From Nostoc sp. PCC 7120 = FACHB-418 (GTDB taxonomy: Bacteria > Cyanobacteriota > Cyanobacteriia > Cyanobacteriales > Nostocaceae), in contig NC_003272.1 of the NCBI RefSeq assembly GCF_000009705.1, forward strand, positions 1,290,001-1,322,000: 32,000 nucleotides of DNA, given 5' to 3'. The notes under the pieces are model-generated. The model was not told the origin of the DNA. It did no database searches and saw only the letters and a list, made by a program, of their open reading frames with translations. The translations under genes were made by a program, and so were the position numbers. Positions 26,001 to 32,000 of the stretch are shown piece after piece (within the stretch, counting starts at the first letter, position 1; each line of letters starts with the position of its first letter).

Positions 26001-28882
26001 ACATTAACCAGATGATTGCCAATCTGCGGGAGACAACCCAGAAAAATACCGAACAAGATTGGTTAAAGACCAACCTCGCCAAATTCACCCGGATGCTGCA
26101 AGGTCAGCGCGACTTAGAAACCGTATCAAAACTCATTCTCTCAGAACTTGCACCACTGGTAGGCGCACAACACGGCGTATTCTACTTAATGGAAGGGGCA
26201 GAAAATCAAAGCTACCTACAACTACTCAGCACCTATGCTTACCGGGAACGCAAACATCTAGCTAACCGCTTCCAATTGGGTGAGGGTTTAGTTGGACAAT
26301 GTGCTTTAGAAAAAGAGCGCATTTTGTTAACGGAAGTGCCGAGTGATTATGTAAAAATTAGCTCTGGTTTAGGCGAAGCCAACCCCCTAAATGCAGTAGT
26401 CTTACCTGTATTATTTGAAGGACAAGTGACGGCGGTAATTGAACTAGCCTCCTTCCGCCGCTTTAGTGAAATTCATTTGACATTCTTCGACCAACTCACC
26501 GAAAGTATTGCGATCGTTCTCAACACCATCGCCGCCTCGATGCGTACCGAAGAACTACTCAAACAATCCCAATCCCTCGCCGAGGAACTACAAACCCAGC
26601 AAAGCGAACTCCGCGAAACCAACCAGCGTCTAGAACAACAAGCCCAATCACTCAAAGCTTCAGAAGATTTACTACGAGGACAACAAGAAGAACTACAGCA
26701 AACCAACGCTGAGTTAGAAGAAAAGGCAGAATTGTTAGCTTTACAGAAAAAAGAAGTAGAGAGGAAGAATCGGGAAATTGAACAAGCCAGAAGGTCTTTA
26801 GAAGAGAAAGCCGAACAACTCGCCCTCTCATCCCGCTATAAGTCTGAATTCTTGGCGAATATGTCCCATGAACTGCGGACACCTTTAAACAGCTTATTAA
26901 TATTGGCGAAATTGTTGACAGATAACGTCGATAGTAATTTGACAGCTAAACAAGTCGAATACAGCCAAACAATTTACTCAGCCGGTAATGAACTATTAGC
27001 ATTAATTAACGACATTTTGGATCTAGCCAAAATTGAATCGGGAACTATGTCCATCCATGCGACCCCAATTCCCTTGTCAGAGTTGGCTGAACAAATTGAA
27101 CGCGGCTTTGGGCAAATAGCGCAAAATAAAGGACTGACTTTTGCAGTCGAATTAGCCCCTGAGTTACCAACCACCGTTAATACAGATATCAAACGCCTAC
27201 AACAGGTATTAAAAAATCTCCTCTCCAACGCCTTTAAATTTACAGAACGTGGAGAAGTCCGCCTCAGGATTGAAGTAGCCAAGCCAGGATGGAATCCCAA
27301 CCAGCAACCCTTAAACCCGGCTCAAAATGTCATTGCTTTTGCTGTAAGTGATACAGGTATTGGCATTGCAGCCGATAAGCAAAAGATTATCTTTGAAGCA
27401 TTCCAGCAAGCTGATGGTACTACCAGCCGTAAATACGGCGGTACGGGATTAGGCTTGTCTATTAGTAGAGAAATTGCTCATCTTTTGGGTGGTGAAATCA
27501 AACTTACCAGCCATCCTGGTCAAGGTAGTACATTTACCTTCTATTTACCGCAATTTAGTCCTGAATCTACGTTGAACCATGCAGACGCGATAAATCGGTT
27601 TGGTGCTGAATCTACGTTGACCCAAATAGACGCGATAAATCGCGTCTCTACAGGGTACGACTCAATTGTTTTTGACGATCGCACCACAATTACCAATCCA
27701 TCAGCAGATAATAACATTCTGCTAATTATCGAGGATGATGTTAATTTTGCCCGTATCTTAGTAGATATGGCACGACAACACGGGTTCCAGGTACTCACTG
27801 CCCAAAGTGGTACAGCCGGACTGAAACTAGCCAAAGACTTTCAACCAATGGCGATTTTATTAGATATCCGCTTACCGGAAATGGACGGTTGGACAGTCCT
27901 AGACCGCTTGAAACATGACCCCACTACCCGCCATATTCCCGTACACATCATGACCGTGGAGGAAGGAAGGCAACGGGGTTTACAATTAGGGGCGATCGCC
28001 TATTTACAAAAACCAGTCACCAGTGAAGCCATATCCGAAGCCTTAGACAAAATTAGAGGTTTCGTAGAACGCCGGGTGAAAAATTTACTAGTGGTTGAAG
28101 ATGACGAACTACAACGTCAAAGCATTGTCGAACTGATTGGTAACAGTGATGTAGCCACAGTTGCTGTCGGTACAGGTGCAGCCGCCTTAGAAGCGATTCG
28201 TACCCAGCAGTTTGATTGCTTAGTCCTTGATTTAGGCTTACCTGACATGACAGGTTTTGAACTCATGGAACAGATTAAGCGAGAAGCCAACGGCGCAACC
28301 TTACCAATTATTGTTTACACCGGCAGAGAAATCAGCAAAAATCAAGAAACAGAACTCAGACGGATTGCTGAGACAATTATCGTCAAAGATGTGCGATCGC
28401 CCGAACGTCTCCTAGATGAAACCGCCTTATTCCTCCACCGCGTCCAAGCAAACTTACCCACACCCAAACGCGAAATCCTCGAACAACTCCATTCTCAAGA
28501 TTATTCCTTAGTTGGTAAAAAAGTTTTAATTGTAGACGATGATGTCCGCAACATCTTCGCCCTCACCAGTATGCTGGAACGCTACCAAATGCAGGTGATA
28601 TATGCTGAAAATGGTAGAGAAGGAATTAGTTTATTAGAAAATACATCAGATATTGATGTGGTGTTAATGGATGTGATGATGCCCGAAATGGATGGTTACG
28701 AGACAATGCAATTGATTCGGAAAAAAGAGCAATTTAAAGCCTTACCTATTATTGCCCTCACCGCCAAAGCCATGCAAGGCGATCGCGATCAGTGCATCGC
28801 CGCCGGCGCTTCTGACTACATCGCTAAACCAGTGGATACAGAACAACTACTGTCTTTATTGCGAGTTTGGCTCTATCGTTGA
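23084..28882 (+). CDS. Poly-HAMP / GAF hybrid sensor histidine kinase with three C-terminal receiver domains (1932 aa)
   Basis: Domain order:
- A diverged HAMP pair.
- Nine 92-aa HAMP-pair units.
- GAF ([25 protein letters not shown]...[17 protein letters not shown]).
- A long coiled coil.
- H-box ([14 protein letters not shown]), N-box ([12 protein letters not shown]), G1 (DTGIGI) and G2 (GGTGLGLSI).
- REC1 ([12 protein letters not shown]), REC2 ([12 protein letters not shown]) and REC3 ([12 protein letters not shown]...TAKAM). Confidence 0.95.
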   Translation: MATEQLTRESDELDLKQLLKTLTAVKKGDFSARMPIDQTGVAGKIADTLNDIIDQNERMAAELKRISNVVGKEGKITERASLGNVRGSWSDSVNSVNTLITDLVQPTAETTRVIRAVANGDLSQTIATEIDGRPLKGEFRQTANIVNTMVTRLSSFAGEVTRVAREVGTEGKLGVQAEVQGVAGTWKDLTDNVNLMAGNLTGQVRNIAEVATAIANGDLSKKITVDVKGEILELKNTVNTMVDQLNSFASEVTRVAREVGTEGKLGVQAEVRGVAGTWKDLTDNVNLMAGNLTAQVRNIAEVTTAVANGDLSKKITVNVKGEILELKNTVNIMVDQLNSFASEVTRVAREVGAEGKLGGQAEVRGVAGTWKDLTDSVNFMAGSLTAQVRNIAEVTTAVATGDLSKKITVDVKGEILELKNTINTMVDQLNSFASEVTRVAREVGTEGKLGVQAEVRGVAGTWKDLTDNVNLMAGNLTGQVRNIAEVATAIANGDLSKKITVDVRGEIFELKNTINIMVDQLSSFASEVTRVAREVGSEGKLGVQADVRGVAGTWKDLTDSVNFMAGSLTAQVRNIAEVTTAVATGDLSKKITVDVKGEILELKNTVNTMVDQLNSFASEVTRVAREVGTEGKLGVQAEVKGVAGTWKDLTDSVNFMAGSLTAQVRNIAEVTTAVANGDLSKKITVDVKGEILELKNTINTMVDQLNSFASEVTRVAREVGSEGKLGVQAYVRGVGGTWKDLTDNVNSMAGNLTAQVRNIAEVTKAVANGDLSKKITVDVKGEILDLKNTINTMVDQLSSFASEVTRVAREVGTEGKLGGQALVQGVAGTWKDLTDNVNSMAGNLTAQVRGIARVVTAVANGDLKRKLMLDAKGEIETLAETINEMIDTLATFANQVTTVAREVGIEGKLGGQAKVPGAAGTWKDLTDNVNELAATLTTQLRAIAEVATAVTKGDLTRSIAVEAQGEVAILKDNINQMIANLRETTQKNTEQDWLKTNLAKFTRMLQGQRDLETVSKLILSELAPLVGAQHGVFYLMEGAENQSYLQLLSTYAYRERKHLANRFQLGEGLVGQCALEKERILLTEVPSDYVKISSGLGEANPLNAVVLPVLFEGQVTAVIELASFRRFSEIHLTFFDQLTESIAIVLNTIAASMRTEELLKQSQSLAEELQTQQSELRETNQRLEQQAQSLKASEDLLRGQQEELQQTNAELEEKAELLALQKKEVERKNREIEQARRSLEEKAEQLALSSRYKSEFLANMSHELRTPLNSLLILAKLLTDNVDSNLTAKQVEYSQTIYSAGNELLALINDILDLAKIESGTMSIHATPIPLSELAEQIERGFGQIAQNKGLTFAVELAPELPTTVNTDIKRLQQVLKNLLSNAFKFTERGEVRLRIEVAKPGWNPNQQPLNPAQNVIAFAVSDTGIGIAADKQKIIFEAFQQADGTTSRKYGGTGLGLSISREIAHLLGGEIKLTSHPGQGSTFTFYLPQFSPESTLNHADAINRFGAESTLTQIDAINRVSTGYDSIVFDDRTTITNPSADNNILLIIEDDVNFARILVDMARQHGFQVLTAQSGTAGLKLAKDFQPMAILLDIRLPEMDGWTVLDRLKHDPTTRHIPVHIMTVEEGRQRGLQLGAIAYLQKPVTSEAISEALDKIRGFVERRVKNLLVVEDDELQRQSIVELIGNSDVATVAVGTGAAALEAIRTQQFDCLVLDLGLPDMTGFELMEQIKREANGATLPIIVYTGREISKNQETELRRIAETIIVKDVRSPERLLDETALFLHRVQANLPTPKREILEQLHSQDYSLVGKKVLIVDDDVRNIFALTSMLERYQMQVIYAENGREGISLLENTSDIDVVLMDVMMPEMDGYETMQLIRKKEQFKALPIIALTAKAMQGDRDQCIAAGASDYIAKPVDTEQLLSLLRVWLYR
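23543..26026 (+). repeat. Nine in-frame tandem repeats of exactly 276 bp (92 aa, HAMP pair) inside the kinase gene
   Basis: Units start at 23543, 23819, 24095, 24371, 24647, 24923, 25199, 25475 and 25751. Each begins (S/N/A)(S/T)FA(S/G/N)(E/Q)VT(R/T)VAREVG and ends ...(M/Q)(V/I)(D/A)(Q/T/N)L. Units 1-7 are near-identical and units 8-9 are more diverged. I verified the boundaries against the nucleotide sequence at 23543, 23819 and 26026. Confidence 0.95.
27563..27647 (+). repeat. Duplicated 35-nt motif with a hairpin core, embedded in-frame in the kinase-REC1 linker
   Basis: gaatctacgttgaaccatgcagacgcgataaatcg (27563-27597) and gaatctacgttgacccaaatagacgcgataaatcg (27608-27642) are 45 nt apart. 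They encode [12 protein letters not shown] and [12 protein letters not shown]. The second copy completes the hairpin agacgcga-taaa-tcgcgtct (27628-27647). Confidence 0.8.
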
Positions 28883-29368
28883 CGACAAAGTTTTTCCCTG
28901 TATAACTAAAACTGAACAATGAGCATGATGCAACACGTAATTACTCACACTACCTAATAAAAACTCACTGAGTCCAGCACGGCCACGCCTACCAACCATA
29001 ATTAGGTCGGCCGGCCAGCTAAGGGCTATTTCACATATTGTCCTACCTGGATCACCCATCTTTTGGGTAAATCCAGTTTTCACACCGATATTAATCGCTG
29101 CGTCAGTGAGCGATCGCAACCACTCTAGTTTTTCCTGTTTAAGTTTTTCCCAATGCTGGATATAGTTATCCATTGATTCTGTTTGCCAACCTGGGTAAGT
29201 TGTATCTGGTTGCAAAAATATCGGAGTAATATAGGGGTCTTCCACAGGAGATATAACGTGCAGCAACATGATTTCAGCGTTGCTTGCTTTGGCTAAATTT
29301 ACACCCTGCTCAAAAATATGTTGTCCTATCTCAGAGTTTTCTACTGCTACTAAAATTTTCTGATACAT
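28856..29368 (-). CDS. Universal stress protein (UspA family)
   Basis: [10 protein letters not shown]...AEIMLLHV at the N-terminus. C-terminal ATP-binding motif [35 protein letters not shown]. The 3' end overlaps the kinase 3' end by 27 nt in convergent orientation. Confidence 0.9.
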   Translation of the reverse strand: MYQKILVAVENSEIGQHIFEQGVNLAKASNAEIMLLHVISPVEDPYITPIFLQPDTTYPGWQTESMDNYIQHWEKLKQEKLEWLRSLTDAAINIGVKTGFTQKMGDPGRTICEIALSWPADLIMVGRRGRAGLSEFLLGSVSNYVLHHAHCSVLVIQGKTLSSTIEPNSQ

Positions 29369-29446
29369 AATATAAAACCCCTATTTTACTTAAGTATGAT
29401 TAAGCTAATTCACGTCTAAATTGCATAACTACTAATAAGTACGTAG

Positions 29447-29463
29447 GGTGGGCATTGCCCACC
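29447..29463. repeat. GGTGGGCA/TGCCCACC palindrome downstream of the HCP gene, with a partial second copy at 29477-29488
   Basis: ggtgggcattgcccacc has 8-bp arms. It lies between the HCP stop (29528) and the usp start (29368). It may be a small dispersed repeat or a weak terminator. No U-tract. Confidence 0.4.
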
Positions 29464-29527
29464 ACCACCATAATAAGGTGGGCATTGCTATGTGTATTTC
29501 AAAAATTATGAATCCTATCGGAAAACC

Positions 29528-30019
29528 CTAAATTTCCGCACCCGCTTTTGCTTCAGCACCCATTGGGGAAACGTAATCACGGAAAAGAGTAATCTGTTGT
29601 TCAAAACCTAAGCCTTTAATTCCTTCCAACAGTTCTTGGGATTCTGAAGACAGTTTATAATCGGCAGGAAAAGGAACTATGGTTGCATTATCCATTCCTT
29701 GAGATAAAAGATACCAAAACAGTAGCTTAGTGGTATCACCCAGAGAGCCGTATTCGCGGCTGAGTTGGTTATCTACACGCCGAATTAAGTCGCGTTGTAG
29801 TTGCAATTGCTGTTCATGATTCAATTCTTTGACTTGATTAAATAAACCTTCGGCAATTGCTGGGGAAACAGTGCTAGCACCAGGGGCTGCTGGTGTAATT
29901 GCACCACCCATTTCTTTGTAGATAAACCAAAACAAAGCCAATTGTTCGTCTACATCCAATTTCTGCCATGATTGGACATATTTACGAATAGTGGGATCGT
30001 TTGTTTGTGTAAAAGTCAT
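29528..30019 (-). CDS. hcp: Helical carotenoid protein (stand-alone homologue of the OCP N-terminal domain)
   Basis: LDVDEQLALFWFIYKEMGGAITPAAPGAS, KLLFWYLLSQGMDNATIVPFPADYKLS and GLGFEQQITLFRDYVSPMG align with my recollection of the OCP NTD (EDQLALIWFAYLEMGKTLTIAAPGAA, KLGFWYRLGELMEQGFVAPIPAGYQLS, GLESGQQITVLRNAVVDMG). Confidence 0.9.
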   Translation of the reverse strand: MTFTQTNDPTIRKYVQSWQKLDVDEQLALFWFIYKEMGGAITPAAPGASTVSPAIAEGLFNQVKELNHEQQLQLQRDLIRRVDNQLSREYGSLGDTTKLLFWYLLSQGMDNATIVPFPADYKLSSESQELLEGIKGLGFEQQITLFRDYVSPMGAEAKAGAEI

Positions 30020-30137
30020 AATGATTGCGGTTGGTATAAACGACTGTCATTAGCAACCGTAACAAACAGAGATCAGGTGTTTAACCCTACTCAGGACATA
30101 AGTAACTCGACCAAAAAGAAGAATAATTCAGGAAACA

Positions 30138-30282
30138 TAAATAGGACTTACACACACAGGTTGTCTGTTGAGATCGGGTGTAAGGGTTTCAAAGATTTAT
30201 ACCCCTACATCCCTACATCCCTACACCCCTACACCCTTTTCCAAACCCTTGATCTTTCGTTTTCATGGGTAAGTCCTATATA
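30138..30282. mobile_element. MITE-like element with the AGGACTTAC terminal inverted repeat family, copy C (inverted relative to copy B)
   Basis: taaataggacttacacacacaggttgtctgttgag... is the reverse complement of the right end of copy B. ...ccaaacccttgatctttcgttttcatgggtaagtcctatata is the reverse complement of the left end of copy B. It lies between the GST stop (30298) and the HCP start (30019). The 103-aa ORF at 29972-30283 is an artefact. Confidence 0.7.
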
Positions 30283-30297
30283 AATTCCCCCCATACT

Positions 30298-30996
30298 TCA
30301 GCGCTGAATAGTGTTCGCAGACTGATTAAATAACAAGTTTCGGGACTTTTCAATATCTAACGCCTGATTTTTAAAGGCTTCGGCTTTTTCATAGGCGCGA
30401 ATTACTGCCGGACGTATTTGAATTGTCTCGAACCAACGTTTGAGATGGGGGAAACTGTCTAAATTTTGGCTTTGGCGTTCATAAGGCACAATCCAAGGAT
30501 AAGCGGCGATATCGGCAATAGAGTATTCACCAGCGACAAACTCTCTATCTGCAAGGCGTTTATCCAACACTGCATACAAGCGCCCTGTTTCATTGACGTA
30601 GCGGTTAATGGCATACTCAATTTTTTCAGGTGCATAAGTACTAAAGTGGTGGTTTTGTCCAGCCATTGGGCCTAGTCCTGCCATTTGCCAGAATAGCCAT
30701 TGTAGAACCTCTGTACGTCCCCTAATATTTTGGGGGATGAATTTTCCAGTTTTTTCTGCCAAATACAACAAGATAGCGCCAGACTCAAACACAGAAATCG
30801 CTGCACCCCCGTCTGCTGGTTCATTGTCAACAATGGCTGGGATGCGATTATTCGGGGATATTTTGAGAAATTCTGGCTGGAATTGGTCGCCAGCACCGAT
30901 ATTTATGGGAATGATGTTGTAGGGTAAGCCGACTTCTTCTAAGAAGATAGTGATTTTGTGGCCGTTCGGGGTTGTCCAATAGTAAAGGTCAATCAT
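30298..30996 (-). CDS. yfcG: Nu-class glutathione S-transferase / GSH-dependent disulfide reductase (YfcG-like)
   Basis: MIDLYYWTTPNGHKITIFLEEVGLPYNIIPINIGAGDQFQPEFLKISPNNRIPAIVD...FESGAILLYLAEKTG...LQWLFWQMAGLGPMAGQNHHF is near-colinear with my recollection of E. coli YfcG. Confidence 0.85.
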   Translation of the reverse strand: MIDLYYWTTPNGHKITIFLEEVGLPYNIIPINIGAGDQFQPEFLKISPNNRIPAIVDNEPADGGAAISVFESGAILLYLAEKTGKFIPQNIRGRTEVLQWLFWQMAGLGPMAGQNHHFSTYAPEKIEYAINRYVNETGRLYAVLDKRLADREFVAGEYSIADIAAYPWIVPYERQSQNLDSFPHLKRWFETIQIRPAVIRAYEKAEAFKNQALDIEKSRNLLFNQSANTIQR

Positions 30997-31116
30997 GGTT
31001 GTGTCTTTGATTTTGTTTGTTTTCGCACCGAGATTTTAACTGTTTTACTCCTGACTACGGCTTTCTCAGGCTGTTATCTTTGATCAGATCAATTACAAGC
31101 CAATGAGAACTTGATA

Positions 31117-31497
31117 ATGAGACTGCATTACAACAAAACTTTCGGTTATATGTTCATTCCCTTAGGGTTATTAAATTTAACTTTCGGTAGCATTCTCATG
31201 GTTAGAGGTCAATTCAGCATTAGCGTCATCATTGGAATTATCATCATCTTTTTAGGGTGGGCATACTGGCATAAGCCTTATATCACCGTCGAAGATAAAC
31301 AATTTATTATTCACACACCTTTAGGATGGCCACAACGCGTCTACGGTTACAATGCTCCTGAAGACGTAAAAATAGCGCACAAGCAGATATTACTCAAACA
31401 AGACGGTGAGTGGAAACGCTTACCTATTTCCAAATTAATTATGCAGCCACAGGATTGGTTGACGTTGCAAAAGCGATTTGGTGAAGACAGGGGCTAA
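31117..31497 (+). CDS. Hypothetical small membrane protein (two TM helices plus a soluble tail)
   Basis: Two hydrophobic segments (YMFIPLGLLNLTFGSILMV, ISVIIGIIIIFLGWAYW) are followed by a beta-rich tail of about 70 aa. I moved the start to the ATG at 31117; the track start at 31111 is TTG. No family recognised. Confidence 0.5.
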   Translation: MRLHYNKTFGYMFIPLGLLNLTFGSILMVRGQFSISVIIGIIIIFLGWAYWHKPYITVEDKQFIIHTPLGWPQRVYGYNAPEDVKIAHKQILLKQDGEWKRLPISKLIMQPQDWLTLQKRFGEDRG

Positions 31498-31518
31498 AGA
31501 AGGGAAATATTTTTATAA

Positions 31519-31560
31519 ATGCGATCGCTTCTCACGGATAATTAGGCGATCGCATATTTT
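31519..31560 (+). terminator. HIP1-based stem-loop followed by a T-rich tract (candidate intrinsic terminator)
   Basis: atgcgatcgc (31519-31528) pairs with gcgatcgcat (31546-31555), a 10-bp perfect stem. It is followed by atttta. It lies 22 nt after the stop of the 31117-31497 gene. Confidence 0.5.
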
Positions 31561-31593
31561 ATATACAGGCTTAACTTTTTTATATAAATAAGT

Positions 31594-31621
31594 GTAGGGT
31601 TGTGCAAGTGTACAACCCTAC
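31594..31621. terminator. Perfect 10-bp stem-loop between convergent genes
   Basis: gtagggttgt (31594-31603) pairs with acaaccctac (31612-31621). It lies 23 nt downstream of the minus-strand NDH-2 stop at 31644. On the minus strand it is followed by the T-rich sequence acttatttatat. Confidence 0.45.
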
Positions 31622-31643
31622 GACGGAATTAATCATGAAACCA

Positions 31644-32000
31644 CTAGACATTTAGTGGCTGTCTATTGTTGGCTGCTGAGTAATTATTTGTATCGTTGCT
31701 ATCGTCAAAATTGTTGGCAAATGCTAGTGATTCTTTTCCAGTAATCAATCTTGAGCCACGTTTGCGAGTGATGTAGTTCCACGCCCACTGAATCATGACT
31801 AATAGTTTGCTGTCAAACTCAATGAGGAAGTAGATGTGAATCAATAGCCAGAACGCCCATGCAGAGAAGCCTTTCAACTTGAGCAAGCCTAAATCTACAA
31901 CGGCTGCATTTTGCCCAATCATCGCTAGGCTACCGTGATCATTATATTTAAAGGCTGGCAGAGTTTTCCCTTGCAAGCGTTTTTTAATCAATTTGGCGAC
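31644..32000 (-). CDS. ndb: Type II NADH dehydrogenase (NDH-2), C-terminal part. The N-terminus lies beyond the window end.
   Basis: FKYNDHGSLAMIGQNAAVVDLG..LKGFSAWAFWLLIHIYFLIEFDSKLLVMIQWAWNYITRKRGSRLIT is the typical NDH-2 C-terminal membrane-anchor region. The frame stays open upstream of the track's TTG 'start' (..VAKLIKKRL), so the ORF continues past 32000. Confidence 0.8.
   Translation of the reverse strand, partial: VAKLIKKRLQGKTLPAFKYNDHGSLAMIGQNAAVVDLGLLKLKGFSAWAFWLLIHIYFLIEFDSKLLVMIQWAWNYITRKRGSRLITGKESLAFANNFDDSNDTNNYSAANNRQPLNV

Noticed and set aside
23543-26026. Regular repeat array that might be mistaken for a CRISPR or a satellite
   Set aside because: The period is 276 bp with no unique spacers. 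The array is entirely in-frame within a long ORF that encodes recognisable HAMP units. No cas genes or short direct repeats are present anywhere in the window.
29972-30283. 103-aa plus-strand ORF
   Set aside because: It runs through the HCP 5' end in antisense and then through MITE copy C, so it is a repeat-derived artefact.
30466-30927. Short ORFs on both strands inside the GST gene
   Set aside because: They are out of frame with, or antisense to, a GST that is colinear with YfcG-type proteins over its full length.

Overview
The window is chromosomal DNA from a filamentous, Nostoc/Anabaena-type cyanobacterium. Supporting signs are frequent HIP1 octamers (GCGATCGC), Nostoc-style small palindromic/MITE repeats, and cyanobacteria-specific genes such as a helical carotenoid protein, DUF928 and an AMIN-domain TonB receptor. 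From memory only (unverified), the gene order resembles the Nostoc sp. PCC 7120 all1101-all1127 region. All family calls come from motifs read by eye in the supplied translations; no searches were run.

Gene content, left to right:
- A TonB-dependent siderophore receptor, truncated by the window edge.
- An arsenic cluster: an acr3 remnant, arsR, arsI and arsC.
- A carotenoid cleavage dioxygenase, a histidine phosphatase and a UbiD decarboxylase.
- A DUF442 phosphatase-like protein, ChrA and a small Nif11-like peptide gene bracketed by two MITEs.
- An Slt70-like lytic transglycosylase.
- An AT-rich block of about 3.8 kb (about 14270-18037). It carries a PD-(D/E)xK(HsdR_N-like)-ParA fusion gene, a tightly coupled ParB-like/helix-hairpin-helix gene, a small wHTH ORF and a GT2 glycosyltransferase.
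- A GT4 glycosyltransferase.
- A DUF928 gene translationally coupled (ATGA overlap) to a CHASE2 class III adenylate cyclase.
- A 1932-aa hybrid histidine kinase whose N-terminus is nine exact 276-bp tandem HAMP-pair repeats, followed by GAF, coiled coil, HisKA/HATPase and three receiver domains.
- A USP, an HCP, a YfcG-like GST, a small membrane protein and a truncated NDH-2.

No rRNA, tRNA or CRISPR array was seen. The most likely undescribed system is the nuclease-ParA / ParB-like-HhH / wHTH module in the AT-rich block. Secondary candidates are the DUF928-CHASE2 cyclase pair and the MITE-bracketed Nif11-like peptide.
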